A stretch of 64,000 bases of DNA from Narcine bancroftii. Its lineage: Eukaryota. This document shows, one piece after another, positions 11,160 to 23,989 of the stretch. A program made the position numbers and the translations under genes. Under the pieces are notes generated by a model. That model was not told where the DNA came from. It made no database searches and saw nothing but the letters and a program-made list of their open reading frames with translations. Each line of letters begins with the position of its first letter. The first letter of the stretch is position 1. The stretch lies in the NCBI RefSeq assembly GCF_036971445.1, contig NC_091471.1:295864001-295928000 (forward strand), given 5' to 3'.

Positions 11160-14100
11160 CTGAAACATAATAGCAACAAATGAAAGAATTTTAAAACAAC
11201 CTGCAACTCCTTACAAGATCCATGCATGGGTCCAGCACAGACTGAGTCAATCTATAGATCTTGCATCTTAGGCGATTCACTCATCAAGTCAGTACAGCCT
11301 CCTGGTGGAACAGTGCCATGCCCTTCTCTCTGCCCTGCAATTATTCAATTTCCGCTGCCATTCACTTCCCTTCCAAAACTACTGATTTATTGTTTGCAGC
11401 ATACACACTCCTGCTTCCCTCACGGCAGGCTGCAGTTCGGAACAGAACTGCTCCAGTCAGATTTCCTCACAATCCCATTGCATCTTTTGCCCAACATTTT
11501 AAATTAATGTCACAGATTCTTGAACCACTGGAATAGCTAGGTAACTAAGAAAATTGAGGGCAGAAGGGTAGTCGTGGACAGATTTATGGATAGGAAGGGT
11601 TTAGAACCAATATATACCAGATGTGGGAAAATGGGACTAGCCAAGAATGCCAATTTAGTCAGTATGGAGGATTTCAGCCAAAGGGCCTGTTTTATGCTGT
11701 ATTGCGCTATAACTTTGTAACTGACATATAGGTCTGATTAACAAGTTTGCAGATGAAAATTGGAATTGCACAAGCTGAAGAAGGTTGTCTCAGAAGATAA
11801 CATGACATACATCTGATGGAGAATTGGGCAGACCAATGGCAGGTGGAATTTAATCCAGCAAGTGAGGTAATGCACTTTGGGAGGTCAAAATCTGGTCAGA
11901 CATATGGAGTAAATTGCAGGGATCAAAGGAGCACTGATGTACAGAGAAACCTTGGGATGCAAGCACATTCCTCCCTAACGTGAGGATAGAGCTGGTAGGG
12001 TAGTGCTTGCCTTCAGATGCTCCAAGACATCAGTATGATGTCACTTGGATGACTGTGTGCAGTTCTGGTCTGAAGGATGAGGTAGCAATGGAGAAGAGTT
12101 CAGAAGAGATTTACCAGGAATGTTGCCTGGACTGGAGAGCTATGGTATAAGGAAAATGTACAAACTAAGTTGCGAGGTGATCTAATGGAGGTTAATAAAA
12201 TGATGAAGAGCATAGACAGGATAGATGGTCAGAGTCATTTTCCCCAAAACAAAAGTACCTAGAATAAGAGGGCATGGGTTAAAGATGAGAAGGGAGGAAA
12301 CGTAAAGATTGGAGGGCTAGGTTTTTGCACAGAGGGTGGTGAATATCTGGAATGAGGTGGTGGTGGAGGCAGATGCAATAACAAGTTTGAAAATACATTT
12401 GAACAGTTTAGATAGTAAAGGAGAGGGACGTGGGCATAATATATTAGTGTAGGTAGGCATCATGGTGGATAGATGAGATGGGCTGAAGGGCATGTTTCCA
12501 TGCTGTATGCTTCTCTCACTACCCTTAATCAGATATGACCTTGCATACAGCCCTGCCAACTCTTCCCTTAAACCATCTTTGCTCCAAGGTAATCCCACCT
12601 TGGAACCATTCTGTTGAATCTTTTGTGTTGCCTAGGGTAGTGATTCTCAACCTTTTTTCCCCCCCACACTCACATACCACCTTAAGTAATCCCTTACAGA
12701 GCACCTAAGGCATCCGATCCACTGGTCTCAGATCTTGATGTTGTCCTACACTACAACCATCCCATCACAGCCTCGCTGATGTTCATACAAGTTCAACACA
12801 ACCTTGCAGCTTTTGTCTTGGAGCCTCTGAAGGCAAGCACTACCCTACCAGCTCGATCACCACTTTAGGAAGGAATGTGCTTGCATCCCAAGAGGTGATC
12901 AGGCAAAGCTTCTGGTACGTGTGGGTGGGTAATAGGGTGTGCCAAGATCATGTAATGCTAAGTAAATACTGGGCGGACGCTCCCATCACAGCCTCGCTGC
13001 TGATAGTACAGGTTCATCGCAACCTCACAGCTTTTGTACTCAATGCCTCCATGTATCATGCAATCACGCGTGGATAGTATTGATATAGCACATTACATGA
13101 CCTTAGAACACCCCACTTCCCACCCACCCACAGGTACTAGAAGCTCTGCCTGATCATCTTTTTAAATCTCCTGTTAGGGTTACCAGTACAAGGGATCAAC
13201 TGGTGTGTTTTGCTAATGTTCACGTGGACCTTTAATGGGACACATCAGTTGAAATGGGGGATTGGGAAAGGTAGATAAACCTTAAATGATCTCATTACAA
13301 CATACTTGAAAATGCACCCGAGCACTGGACCACTGGTAAGTTTGTGAAGTACCTGTTAGGAGCTCACAGAAGGAGGATGAAACTTAGGAGGGAGGTGAAG
13401 AATCAGGGAATGGTGAAAACTTGCCTTTTTTGAAGCCCAATGCTACAGCCAAGTCCATGGGGCTGTAACCAGAGTCTGCCTCCATTGTGAGATCAGCACC
13501 CTTTGCTGTTGAAAAAGCAAGAGAAAATACGGTTATTCTGCACAGCCAAATAAAGCTGGAGGTTCGCCTCAAGGTTCTGCAGGAACACTGGTTTTTTCTT
13601 TACTTTATTCAGCTTAGTCTAAGATTATGCCATGAATCTGCGCATTGATTGGTTCATGTAATGAACAAGTCGACACTCAAAACCTCAAGAAAAGATGGAG
13701 TTGACGCTGGTCCTTGATAAGGTCTCGGATAGACTGTGGATAAGTTACCAGAAATCACCAATTGGGAAAAATCTACCAGCACTGAGAAAGTTGAATTTCT
13801 GGGAAAACAGACAGAGGGGCAGATGAATGATACAAGACACTAATTTATCAGTTTACAAGTGGAATACATTCGCTCGTTCTTTCAGCATACCATGAAGTCG
13901 ACTTTCTTTATTATTCACTCGACACCTTTCATTCTTTAACTCCCCAAACACCACCAAGCTAAACCCCTCTGACCTTCCCAGTGGCTCACTGCCACACGGG
14001 TGATCCTCCTCCTGCATCTGAGATTCATCATCTGTATACTGACGTGACTGTGACAATACCCCGGCTAAAGCTGCCTGTGTCCCACCTGGGCTCTGCTCAC

Positions 14101-17100
14101 CAGCACATTCAGTCCAAGAACCTCATCTATACATCCCTTCTTCATGCAACCTGCCCAACTCTAGCTGTACCTGTCTGCAGGCATCATCATATGGGCAGTC
14201 CCACCTCTACATCCCTACCATTTGTTGCTTGGTCAATTCATCCTTGCACCTCTCCCTCCCACCCAATGGGAAGAAAACTTCTTGTCACTGCACTGTCAAG
14301 TGAGAATTTTTTTTGTTCCCCTTTGTTTCTGAAAAGGTCATTTTTAAATCGCAGCTGCCATTTTCATGCAAATGCTCTTTGGAACAGAGTCTCAAAATTT
14401 ACATTAAATTTTAAAATGTAGACATACAGCACAGTAACAGACCATTTTGGCCCACGAATCTGTGCCACCCAATCTACACCCCCAGTACGTTTTGAACAGT
14501 GGGAGGAAACTCCCGGGGAAAACCCACACAGACATGGGAAGAAAGCACAAACTCCTTACAGACAGCATAGAATTCAAACCCTGGTCCCGATTACTGGCGC
14601 TGTAAAGGTGTTGCGCTAATCGCTATGCCAACCATGCCACCCTCAATTCTTAATTACTCCTCAATTCCTAAAGACTCCCAGATACTTCATTGAGAGAATG
14701 GGAAAGGGGGGGTGGGGTAACTATATATCCTTTGACCCCTTCATTTCAACTTACTTGAGAAAGCTCCTCAATTGAGGCAATTGTGGGGTCTCGCACTAGG
14801 CAGGAGAAAATTGGGACATTTGTGGAGTCTAAAACTAATGCCCTCTAACCAGTCTGTATTTCTTCACTCTCCCTCCTGCACAATCCCTACCTCACAATAG
14901 TTAATGCTGTTTTTGCATCTTGAAGTGCCATTCTTTTATGTTCCATGCACAGCAATTTCTCACAAAATTCAATGAAATGCAGGGCTCCTGAATTTTGTTC
15001 CTGAGACTTGAATTTTTCTCTCCCTCAACTTTTTGTTGGTTGAGAAGCTTCTTTAACAAGGCCATTTGCTGGATGCAAAGTGAGCTTTCCCCATCCTGTT
15101 CCCCTTCCCCTACAACAACCAACTCAAACTCACCCAGAAGAACTTCCACGCACCGCACGTGGTTCCCGTGCACAGCATACAGCAGTGGTGTGCCTCCATT
15201 CTGTAGGAAGGAAACAACGCATATTTAAAAACCTTTTTTCCCTTTCTAAATCGCAGAGCTGGCATGTCATGTTGTGGCAACTTTATTTGTTCACTTTGGA
15301 CCAAGGACAGTAGGAAAACTTTCAGAACCATGGACATACCCACCACCTCTGGATGAAGACGTATAGGACTGTGGTCAACCATCTCATCAGATACCTCATT
15401 GGTGTTCCATTGGATGTTTGTGCTTGTTTCCAGGACAAGTCTTGATCCCTCACCATCTGAGCAAGAGGCAGGAGTACCACCACCATGTCAGCTTAGTGCT
15501 GGCTTGATGCAGTAGAGTTTGAAGAGACGTTCTCTCCAGAAGGTGTCATGATGATGGCCAATGGGCTGCATTTCTTGGGCAGATATTCCCCTCCAGCAGC
15601 TATGGTGGTTGGGCCAGATAGACAAGGTGCAAAGACATTGGGAGGAATAGCCTGACTGCATATTCCAAGCACATCATCTGACCACATCTGTGTAAATACA
15701 TGGTGTTTGCCCTATTCAGCTGCTCTGAATAACAGAGGAGTTCACCAGCTCACACCCACGTACTAGCTGCAGAGATGGGGTTCTGATGGTTTATGCAAGA
15801 CATATAGTTCCTCTGCACAGAACTTGCTGGCCCAGATAAGGCCACACCCATCTCCAGCCTATTGTTTAAAAATGGGATTAGAAACCACAAAAAGCAAACT
15901 CTGGCCGAACAGCTCAAACTTCACCTACCCAGTCATAAATGTTGATGTCCACTCCATGTTCAAGGAGCAGCAGAACGATGTCCGTGTACCCCTGGATACT
16001 GGCCAGAGACAGTGTGCTCTCCCGCTCCTTTGCCAGGATCCTTGGATCAGCACCCTGCAACAAATCACAGCTTCCTGCAACTTGTGTCCATGACATTGCC
16101 ATCATAGAAATCATGGAATAATACACCCCCAAACATCCATGATGCCAAATTACACCAATCCCAACTGCCTGCACAAGGTCACAATCCCTCCAGTTCTGCA
16201 ACTTTGCGTGTCAAAATGCACATCTGCTTCCACCACTTTCCCTGGCATTTATTCCAGCCATCCTTCTGTGTAAAATAAATGCCTTGTAAATGTACTTTAA
16301 ATTTTCCCCTCTCACTTTAAAGCTATTAGGCATTTCCACCTTGGGAAAACAGATTCTGAAAGTCAATGCCCCTCAACTTCTATTGCCTCACAGCTTCTGG
16401 AGCTCCAGAGAAAACAACCCAGGTCTGCCCAACCTCTCCTGTTAGCTCATACTCTCCAACCCAGACAAGATTCTGGTGAATCTCCCCTGCACCCTCTCCA
16501 AAGCCCCACATTCTTTGGTGTGGCAACCAAAACTGCACACAAAATTCCAGACATGGCCCATCCAAGAATTTTGCAGCATGACCTCCCGAATTTTATAAAC
16601 AATGATCAGACCGATGCAGGCATGCATGCCGCACAAAAGTAATGCGTTGGTTTCTCTTCAAATTTCATTTCCTCTGTTGCTAGCCAGACAGCTCCATTGC
16701 TATCAGCGGTGCATATGAACACTCCAACATCAAGAAGGCTGTTAGTCAGCAGTGTGATGTTTGGCCATTATTTCCTGAAGAAGATTTTCTGCTTGGGGTT
16801 ATGATGTTCGCTTGCACGTTTAAAAGGTCAAGAGTAATGGGGTTACAACATTGAGGATTTCAACTTTCCCAATATTACTTGGGGCTGTTTTATTTATTCC
16901 CACTAGGAGCAGTAGCAGACCGAACCTTAGGGAATTGTTAGAGTGCAAGAACACCAATTTGGAGATAGAAACCTCGGTTTCAAGGTAATTTAATGTTAAG
17001 GGATAAGATGATCTAGGAGTTCAGGTACAGGAGTAAAGGAAAGAGATTTCCAGGTGACAGGACTGGGCAGAGTTTGTCTGTGAACCATCAGGTGTGTGCA

Positions 17101-20100
17101 AGCACAGTGCAACCCCTCTGTTCTCATGATCTCACCATCTCCAGCAAAAATCGTACTACAGCAATCTCTCCAAATGCTGCCGCCCACATCAATGGCGTAA
17201 ATCCTCGCTCATCTGGCACATTAAGGAGCGAACTCCCTGAAAGATGGAGGAGAAAGTTTGGGTAAGCACCAGCAGCCATTCATCCCATCAATGCTATCCT
17301 TCTGAGGGAGCACCTCTGCTGAACAACATGGACAATTGCATGGTCAATGAGGGCAAGGAGGGGGTGGGATAGAGAGGGAGAAAGTAAACAAGCAGCATAT
17401 GCCCATGAACACACCACCCTCAGACCGTCCTACAAATGGACATTAGTTAATGACCACTTTAATTCCATTAATATTCTTCCTAATTAAAAATTTAGTAATC
17501 TTAGTGAAGAAAGATTCACTTAAGAGAAGAATACACCATGGAAACAGACCACACAGCCCAAATCATCTATGCCAAACAGTGGGCCCACATCCATATCAAC
17601 AACATCACCCCGCACCTGGCTCAGAGCCTTCTATTATAGGGGGATTGATGTTTTCACCAAGATACTTCTCAAGGATTTGTTCTGCATCTGCAAGATCACT
17701 GGTTGTTTCAGAATTATCAATGTGTAGCTCACTCAGTTTTTCTAGATTGGTAAACTTGAATATTTCACCCCCAGTTCAAAGATCAACTAAAGTTCCCTGA
17801 ATCACAGGGTATAGAACTTCAATAAAACAGAGTGGGAGGCCATTCAGCCCTTCAATCCTGTTCTCCCACTCTGATCTGGAACCAGGGGTTATGGAATAAG
17901 GGGTGGTTTTGACTGAGGTATGGAGACATTTTTTTATCCAGTGATGGAGTTCACTGAGAACAGAGATGGGTAGATTTCTGGACATAGAGGGAACGAGCAG
18001 GTATAGGGATGGGGCAGGAAAGTACCACATGATCTTGATTAATAGTGGAGCAGGCTGGGGAAAGATGGCAAATTCCCTCCCCTCCTTGAAAAGCATTTCT
18101 ATCCAGTCAGTCCCAAGGACAAATAAGCATCCATCTGTGTTTCTCTATCCACAGAAGCTGTCTGAGTTTCTAGGTGTTGCAGTAGCTTCCTGGTCACTTT
18201 TGCAGACACTATCTTTTAAGTTTAGATCAATTAATTCATATTAAATTCCCAGCTGCCATGGTAGGATTCAAATTTGTAAAGATTCCAGACCTCTAGATGC
18301 TAAACTGTAACGTAACCACTGCAGCTATCCACTCTTCCTCACAGGCCTGGCTGTGGCTGACAGATAGCTCCCCTCAACAGTACCAGAGAAGCCTCAGTTA
18401 CCAGTTCAATGAGTGTCGCAGCATTATCTCCAGGATCCAGGGAAAAGTATCCTAGTGATGCCCTCATCCCAAGACTTCACCAGGAGATGCGAGTACCCAA
18501 AGAGATGGCCTCAAACCCGGATATCATCAGCTCACCTTGCTGAAGGTAGGATGTGAGCTGGGACAGGTCTCCCTGTGCAGCTAGTTGGTGAACTGATAAA
18601 GCTGTGAAGGGAAAAATAACACTGGTCACATTGAGCTTCGGTCATCAAGTTCAACAGCACGAAACAGACCCTTCAGCCCAACTTGTCTCTGGTGACCGGC
18701 TAGTTCCATTTGCCAGCATTCAGGCCATATCCCTCTAAACCTTTCCTATCCATGGGCCTCTCCATGTTTTTTTTAAATGTTTCATTTCTTCCCACTTCTA
18801 CCACTTTCTCTGGTAGCTCACCCTGTCCTTCATGTTCTTCTTAAATCTTTTTGCCCTTACCCTTAATGTAAATGCCCTCTAATTTGAGATCCCCTAACCA
18901 GGAAAAAAAAAGACTATTCACCTTGTTAATGTACCTCATAATTTTATAAAACCCCCACATCTAAGCATTGGCTGCAAGTACCCAGTTACACCGAACCAGC
19001 TTTCCCCAAACCTTAGAATATCATCCAAGGTTACACTGCATTACACTGAACCCTGGGTTGCATATAGCATGCATTACATTGACCCCTTGATTGTGTTGGG
19101 CATGCATTACACTGAACCTTGGGTTGTGTACAGCAAACATTCCATAGAACCTTGGAATGCATGCAGCATGTATTACATTGTACCCTGGGTTGTGTTTAGC
19201 AAGCACGACACTGACCTCTGCATTGTGCATTTCATTGAACTGTGGGGATAGCACAGAGATGCCATCTCCTGAACCTCTAAGTTGTAATAAATGCTAAGCA
19301 AAACTTTGAGGCCACGTGTAACATGCCTTACACTGAACCCTCAGCTGCGCAGAGCAAGCCTTAAAGCCCTACATCTGAATTGCGGGACTGTGTACTTACC
19401 TCATTGAAGTAGGCCCAGGAGCTACTCAGTGAAATGGACCATTTCCCTGTATTTCAGATACCCAGTAGGCTGGGGTTATGGGAATTCTGTACCAGGGTAC
19501 TCACTGTCCAGGTTTGCTGGGATGGATGAGGGCTCATTCCCCCGCTGACGGTTGGTGAGAGTAGTGGCATACACATGGGAGGGGCACGGTTTCTCCAGAG
19601 GTGAAGACTGTATTGCAGCAGGATCTGAGAAAGAGCAGATTGTCAGCAGGTGAACATTGGTCTCCCTAGAGACTGAGGGTGGATCAACAACCTGCCAACC
19701 CTCACCATGCCAGACCACCCCCGCCACACCCTCGCCCCACTGACCCTCTCCAGGTCTCCTGCTGGCCTCTCACCCAGCCAGACGTCACCTCATCTCAACC
19801 ACCCTCCCACCTGCCCCATGACCTCCACCCTGCCAGTCCCCAGCCCAATACCCCTCAGCCAAAGGCCTGGCCATATACAAAATTATACCTTCTGCTGATG
19901 CACCACAAGAGGCATTCACCAAGTTTGGGAAAAGGCAACCACAGCTGACTGCAACATTGCTCACATTGCCTGTCAATGGCACCTAGCCACACAAACCCTG
20001 GTTACAGGAATAGCCACCATTGGCACAGAATGAGATATGGCTCTGTGCCAATGGATAAATCAGTGTGCTCCACTGTTGCCCAGGGAACACTCCAAACTCC

Positions 20101-20986
20101 ACCATCACCCAGCATAGCTTTGTCCTCCAGTCACCCAAGAAATGCTCCATCCTCTGCCCTTTCCATGTCATAACCTTGAATACCCAATGCCACACCAACT
20201 CTCGAACCCCAAGTTATGGTTGATACATGTACTGACACGCCCCAAGTCTGTTTAAAGTCACAGGTTTGCACAGATCATTTCTACTGCAGCACAAGGCAAA
20301 CTGTTGGAACTCCTGATGCAAAGTCTTGACCCAAAACACAGACCATCCCGTCCCTCGACATGCTACTTGATCTGCTGAGTTCCTCCAGAACACTTCAGCA
20401 TGACCATCAGTAGCCAACTGCATCCTACGGTCTGGGATGATTCCAGGATTGACTAGATTAGGGGTGGTGGTGTGCAGGGTGAGGACATTATGGGACACAC
20501 ATCACTTCTGGCCTCTCTTGAGGTCAGGGACAATCAATATGGACAGAATGATCAGAGGGTGAATGTTCTGCATTGAGTTATCTCCTATCCTTCCTTCCCA
20601 AAGTTACCTAAACTAATGTTGGGATCAGTATCCCGTCACTCCTGCTGTTTCAGACTTTCCTTTCACTCCACCCTGAGATGGCTCGTTATTCCCTCCCTCT
20701 CTCACATGGCTCTTTGGTTTGGCATAGATACTTCCACAAACCTACCATTATCTGGCACCGAGACCACTCCCTGGGTAGAGGAGAACATATTCTGCTCGTT
20801 AACATTTTCAAGGCGGAGTGTTATAACTTGTTCTGCATGCTCATTGACCTCCAGAGCAGCATACTTTATCTGGATTAGGTTAGTCGGTGCAGTCGTTGCT
20901 ACAGGCTCATTCCCAACCTGGTTGTTTGAAGAGGTTTTCTGGATCTGTTGGTGATCAGAATCAGCCTTCCTCAGACCATTCCCCAT
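11104..20986 (-). CDS. RFXANK: Regulatory factor X-associated ankyrin-containing protein (MHC class II transcription co-factor), about 285 aa
   Basis: Coding exons 20746-20986, 19505-19624, 18536-18601, 17136-17236, 15929-16054, 15134-15200, 13425-13505, 11104-11159 join in phase; motifs [83 protein letters not shown]; tail-to-tail with NR2C2AP as in human. Confidence 0.93.
11570..12520 (+). mobile_element. Degenerate CR1 LINE fragments
   Basis: KFAD- and WQVEFN-like remnants and CR1 3' UTR, many frameshifts. Confidence 0.7.
13425..13505 (-). CDS. RFXANK: RFXANK coding exon 7 (GC donor)
   Basis: [27 protein letters not shown]; donor AAG|gcaagt. Confidence 0.92.
15134..15200 (-). CDS. RFXANK: RFXANK coding exon 6
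   Basis: [22 protein letters not shown]; canonical splice sites. Confidence 0.95.
15929..16054 (-). CDS. RFXANK: RFXANK coding exon 5
   Basis: [42 protein letters not shown]. Confidence 0.95.
16200..16640 (-). mobile_element. CR1 LINE 3' fragment
   Basis: [10 protein letters not shown] / [13 protein letters not shown] remnants. Confidence 0.75.
17136..17236 (-). CDS. RFXANK: RFXANK coding exon 4
   Basis: [34 protein letters not shown]. Confidence 0.95.
18536..18601 (-). CDS. RFXANK: RFXANK coding exon 3
   Basis: [22 protein letters not shown]; cacag| ... AAG|gtgag. Confidence 0.93.
19025..19360. repeat. Degenerate about 33-bp minisatellite (gcatgcattacactgaaccctgggttgtgtata)
   Basis: About 7-8 diverged units visible. 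Confidence 0.8.
19505..19624 (-). CDS. RFXANK: RFXANK coding exon 2
   Basis: [40 protein letters not shown]. Confidence 0.9.
20746..20986 (-). CDS. RFXANK: RFXANK first coding exon (putative)
   Basis: accATGg Kozak context at 20986, 80 open codons, phase-1 donor ATG|gtaggt matching the next acceptor; upstream acceptor at about 21045; weak homology. Confidence 0.65.
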
Positions 20987-21789
20987 GGTACAGGGCTCCT
21001 GTCCCCACAGCAGTGGACCCTTCCTTCTTCTTCCATGAATCTTTTCTGAAATGGAACAAGAATGTGTCTCAGCATCTCATAAAACACATCTCTATTGAGC
21101 CAACATTTCAAGCCGACACAGCTTAATAAATGTCCTGATAGCATTTCTCTAGAGTTTAGAAGAATAAGAGCAACCTCACTGAAGCCAAACGAGTTGTCAT
21201 GGAGCTCTACAAAGTACATCTTTCCCTTGATACCTCAACTCAGGGGTCACCACCTCAATAAAAGGGGTCTGTCAGGTAGGACTGAGATGGGTAAAAGTAT
21301 TCTACAATCAGACAACAAATAATGAATTCGCTACCTAAAATGCTGTCATTGACCACATGCAAGGTGGAGATGGTCAATCTTTTGGAGGTAAAAAAAAAAC
21401 CCAGAAATGTTGAAAGAACTCAGCTGGCCTCACAGCATCCATAGGAAGTAAAGATACATTAACGACATTTCATGCCTGAGCCTTTCTTCCAGGAATAAAA
21501 CAGGAAGGGGTGTGAGAATAAAGAGTGAAACGTGAAAGTCTGCAGGTGCTGTAATAAAAACACACCAAAATGCTGGAGGAACTCAGCTGGTTTTTCAACG
21601 TCCATACAATTTGTCAAAGATATACTGCTGATGTTTTGGGCCTGAGCCCTTCTTCACGAAATAAGCAGAATGAGCCAAGAATAGAAGATCTCAGAATTCA
21701 GACAGTGCTGGGTGGGGGATAAATCCAGACCAACAAACATTGTTGATTGGATAATAATGAGGAGTGATGAGAATTTATTATGATTATGC

Positions 21790-22850
21790 AAAATGAAACA
21801 GAGATGAGGGAAGACATGAAAGGGGGGGGTGGTTAACGAACGCCAGAAAAGTTGATATTAATGCCATCCGGTGGAAGGGTGCCCTGTAAGAAGATACGGT
21901 GTTGTTCCTCCAATTGGCAGGTGGTCCCAGTCTCTCCGATATAGAGGAGATCACAATAAAGAAAATGAAAACTGGCCGGGGGAGGAGTCCGGGCCAACTG
22001 ACAAAAGATGTTAATTGGATAGGATAATAGGAAACATGAGAATTGATTTTTTTTTCTGTGAAAGGAGACACAGAGAAGAAAGGGGGAGAGAAAGAGAAAC
22101 AAAATAAGAGCTGGGGGGAGGCCCGAGAAAGAAGAGGGTTTAAATGGAAACCAGAGAGGTCAAGTTAATGCCATCTAGTTGGAGGGTGTCAAAACGGAAT
22201 TTGAGGTGTTATTCCTCCAATTTGCGGGAGGAATCAGTCTGGCAACGACCGTTACAGACATGTCATTAAGGGAATGAGGCGGGGAATTGTAATGGGAGGC
22301 CACTGGGAGATCCATGCTATTGCGATAGACAGAAATTAGGTGCTCAACAAAGCGTTCTTCTAGTTTGCGAGATCACCCAATGGGAGATCCATGGTATTGC
22401 GGCAGACAGAGCCAAAGTGCTCAGCAAAGCAATTTCCCCCTCTACACTCCATTCTCTCCGACGTAGAGGAGACCACAACGAGAGCACCAAATGCAGTAGA
22501 TGACCCCCGAGATTCACAAGTGAAATGGCGAGGGAGAAGGTGTGGGTGCAAGTGCAACATCTTCTGTGGTCACAGGGGTCAGTGCCAAGGGGACGATTAG
22601 TGGGGAGGGAGGAGTGGATAAGAAAGTCAAAGAGGGAGCAGAGGGAAATATGTATCTTGTGGTGGGATCATTAGTAGGTGACGGAAATGGCATGCAGGGG
22701 CTGGTAGGTGATGACGTGAGGAATCCGGTTCTTGTAGCCCTGGGGGCAAAGGGGGCCAGAGTAGATATACAGGTAATGGAGGATATGCGGGTGAGCGCTG
22801 AGCGGAGGGTGGTAGAGGGTACGCCACTTTGTTTGAAGAGAATGTTCCTG
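21790..22850 (-). mobile_element. Penelope-like element remnants (GIY-YIG region, partly duplicated)
   Basis: HFTCES..., LLYIGET, FAEHFGSV, QLEEQHRIF motifs on minus strand. Confidence 0.75.
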
Positions 22851-23153
22851 TTTTCAGCTTACATCTTAAAAAAGTACTCAGGCCAAAAACGTCGGTAATA
22901 TATTTTCCTCCTATGGATGTTGCGAGACCGGCTGAGTTCCTCCAGCATTTCTGTATTCTGACTACAATCAGTGTCTGTAGACTTTCGTGTTTCACTCAGA
23001 CTTTTGGAGATGATGGCAACCGGCGTGAAGAGAACTTGCCAACACTGGCTCTCGCTTCTCTCCCTCATCGAGGCCCCAATGGAACTCTGAGGCCTTTTCA
23101 CAGCTTCTAAAAGGTTGCAAAATGTCGACATCGAGTATATATCCCAATACAAA

Positions 23154-23397
23154 TAAAAGCAACGATGGAGAAACTCAGCAGGTCAAACAGTGTACTTTGT
23201 GTAGATACATAATAACCGTTTCGGGCTTCAACCCTTCATCGAGGTACGAACAAAATGTAGCCAGGTACCCAAACTCGTGCGCCTGTCTGCATTTTGCTCA
23301 TATCTTGATGAAGGGCTCAAGCCCAAAACGTTGGTTAAGTATCTTTGCAACACAAAGTACACTGACATGCTGAGTTTCTCCAGTATTGCATTTTTAC
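23154..23397. repeat. Imperfect palindrome of about 245 bp formed by two head-to-head short elements
   Basis: ggagaaactcagca...cagtgtactttgtg...gggcttcaacccttcatc mirrored by gatgaagggctcaagccc...cacaaagtacactg...tgctgagtttctcc. Confidence 0.85.
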
Positions 23398-23989
23398 TTC
23401 AACCACAGCATCTGCGGAGACGTTCGGGTCTTACACCCAATACAAATGTCCAGATTCATAACTAGATTGCAACACGTACATGGAACAGCTACAAGACTTA
23501 CAATGCCTCTCCAGTCAAAAAATACAGCCTTTTCAAATGGATTTAGTCTGCGCAACACAGGCCCAATACAAAAACTTTTTTTAAAATACATTTTTCAAAT
23601 TCATGCACAATACCTTGTAAAGGATTCCCAACGTGCAGACTGCTTAAACACTTCCTTCCAAAAGTGAAAGCAACGGGAAATCCCACAATGCATTGGAACA
23701 AGTTTAATGCATATAAACAAGTGTAATACATGTATTTTGTTGCAATATTAAGTGCCGGATTTAGTCTTGGTGAGGCCCTAAGATAATAGAGCTTGTTAAT
23801 TAAAAAAATAACAATACAAATTATTTTCAAATGAATGCATTTACTGATTACATTTATCATTTGGTTTGCTTGATCTCTATCGTAGATTACAATATAGTAC
23901 AATCCTGAGATGTAATTTTTAAATAGATTTAACGTACGTTAATATATTTTTCAGTTTATGCCCAAATCCGGCTCTGAACATTATGAATC

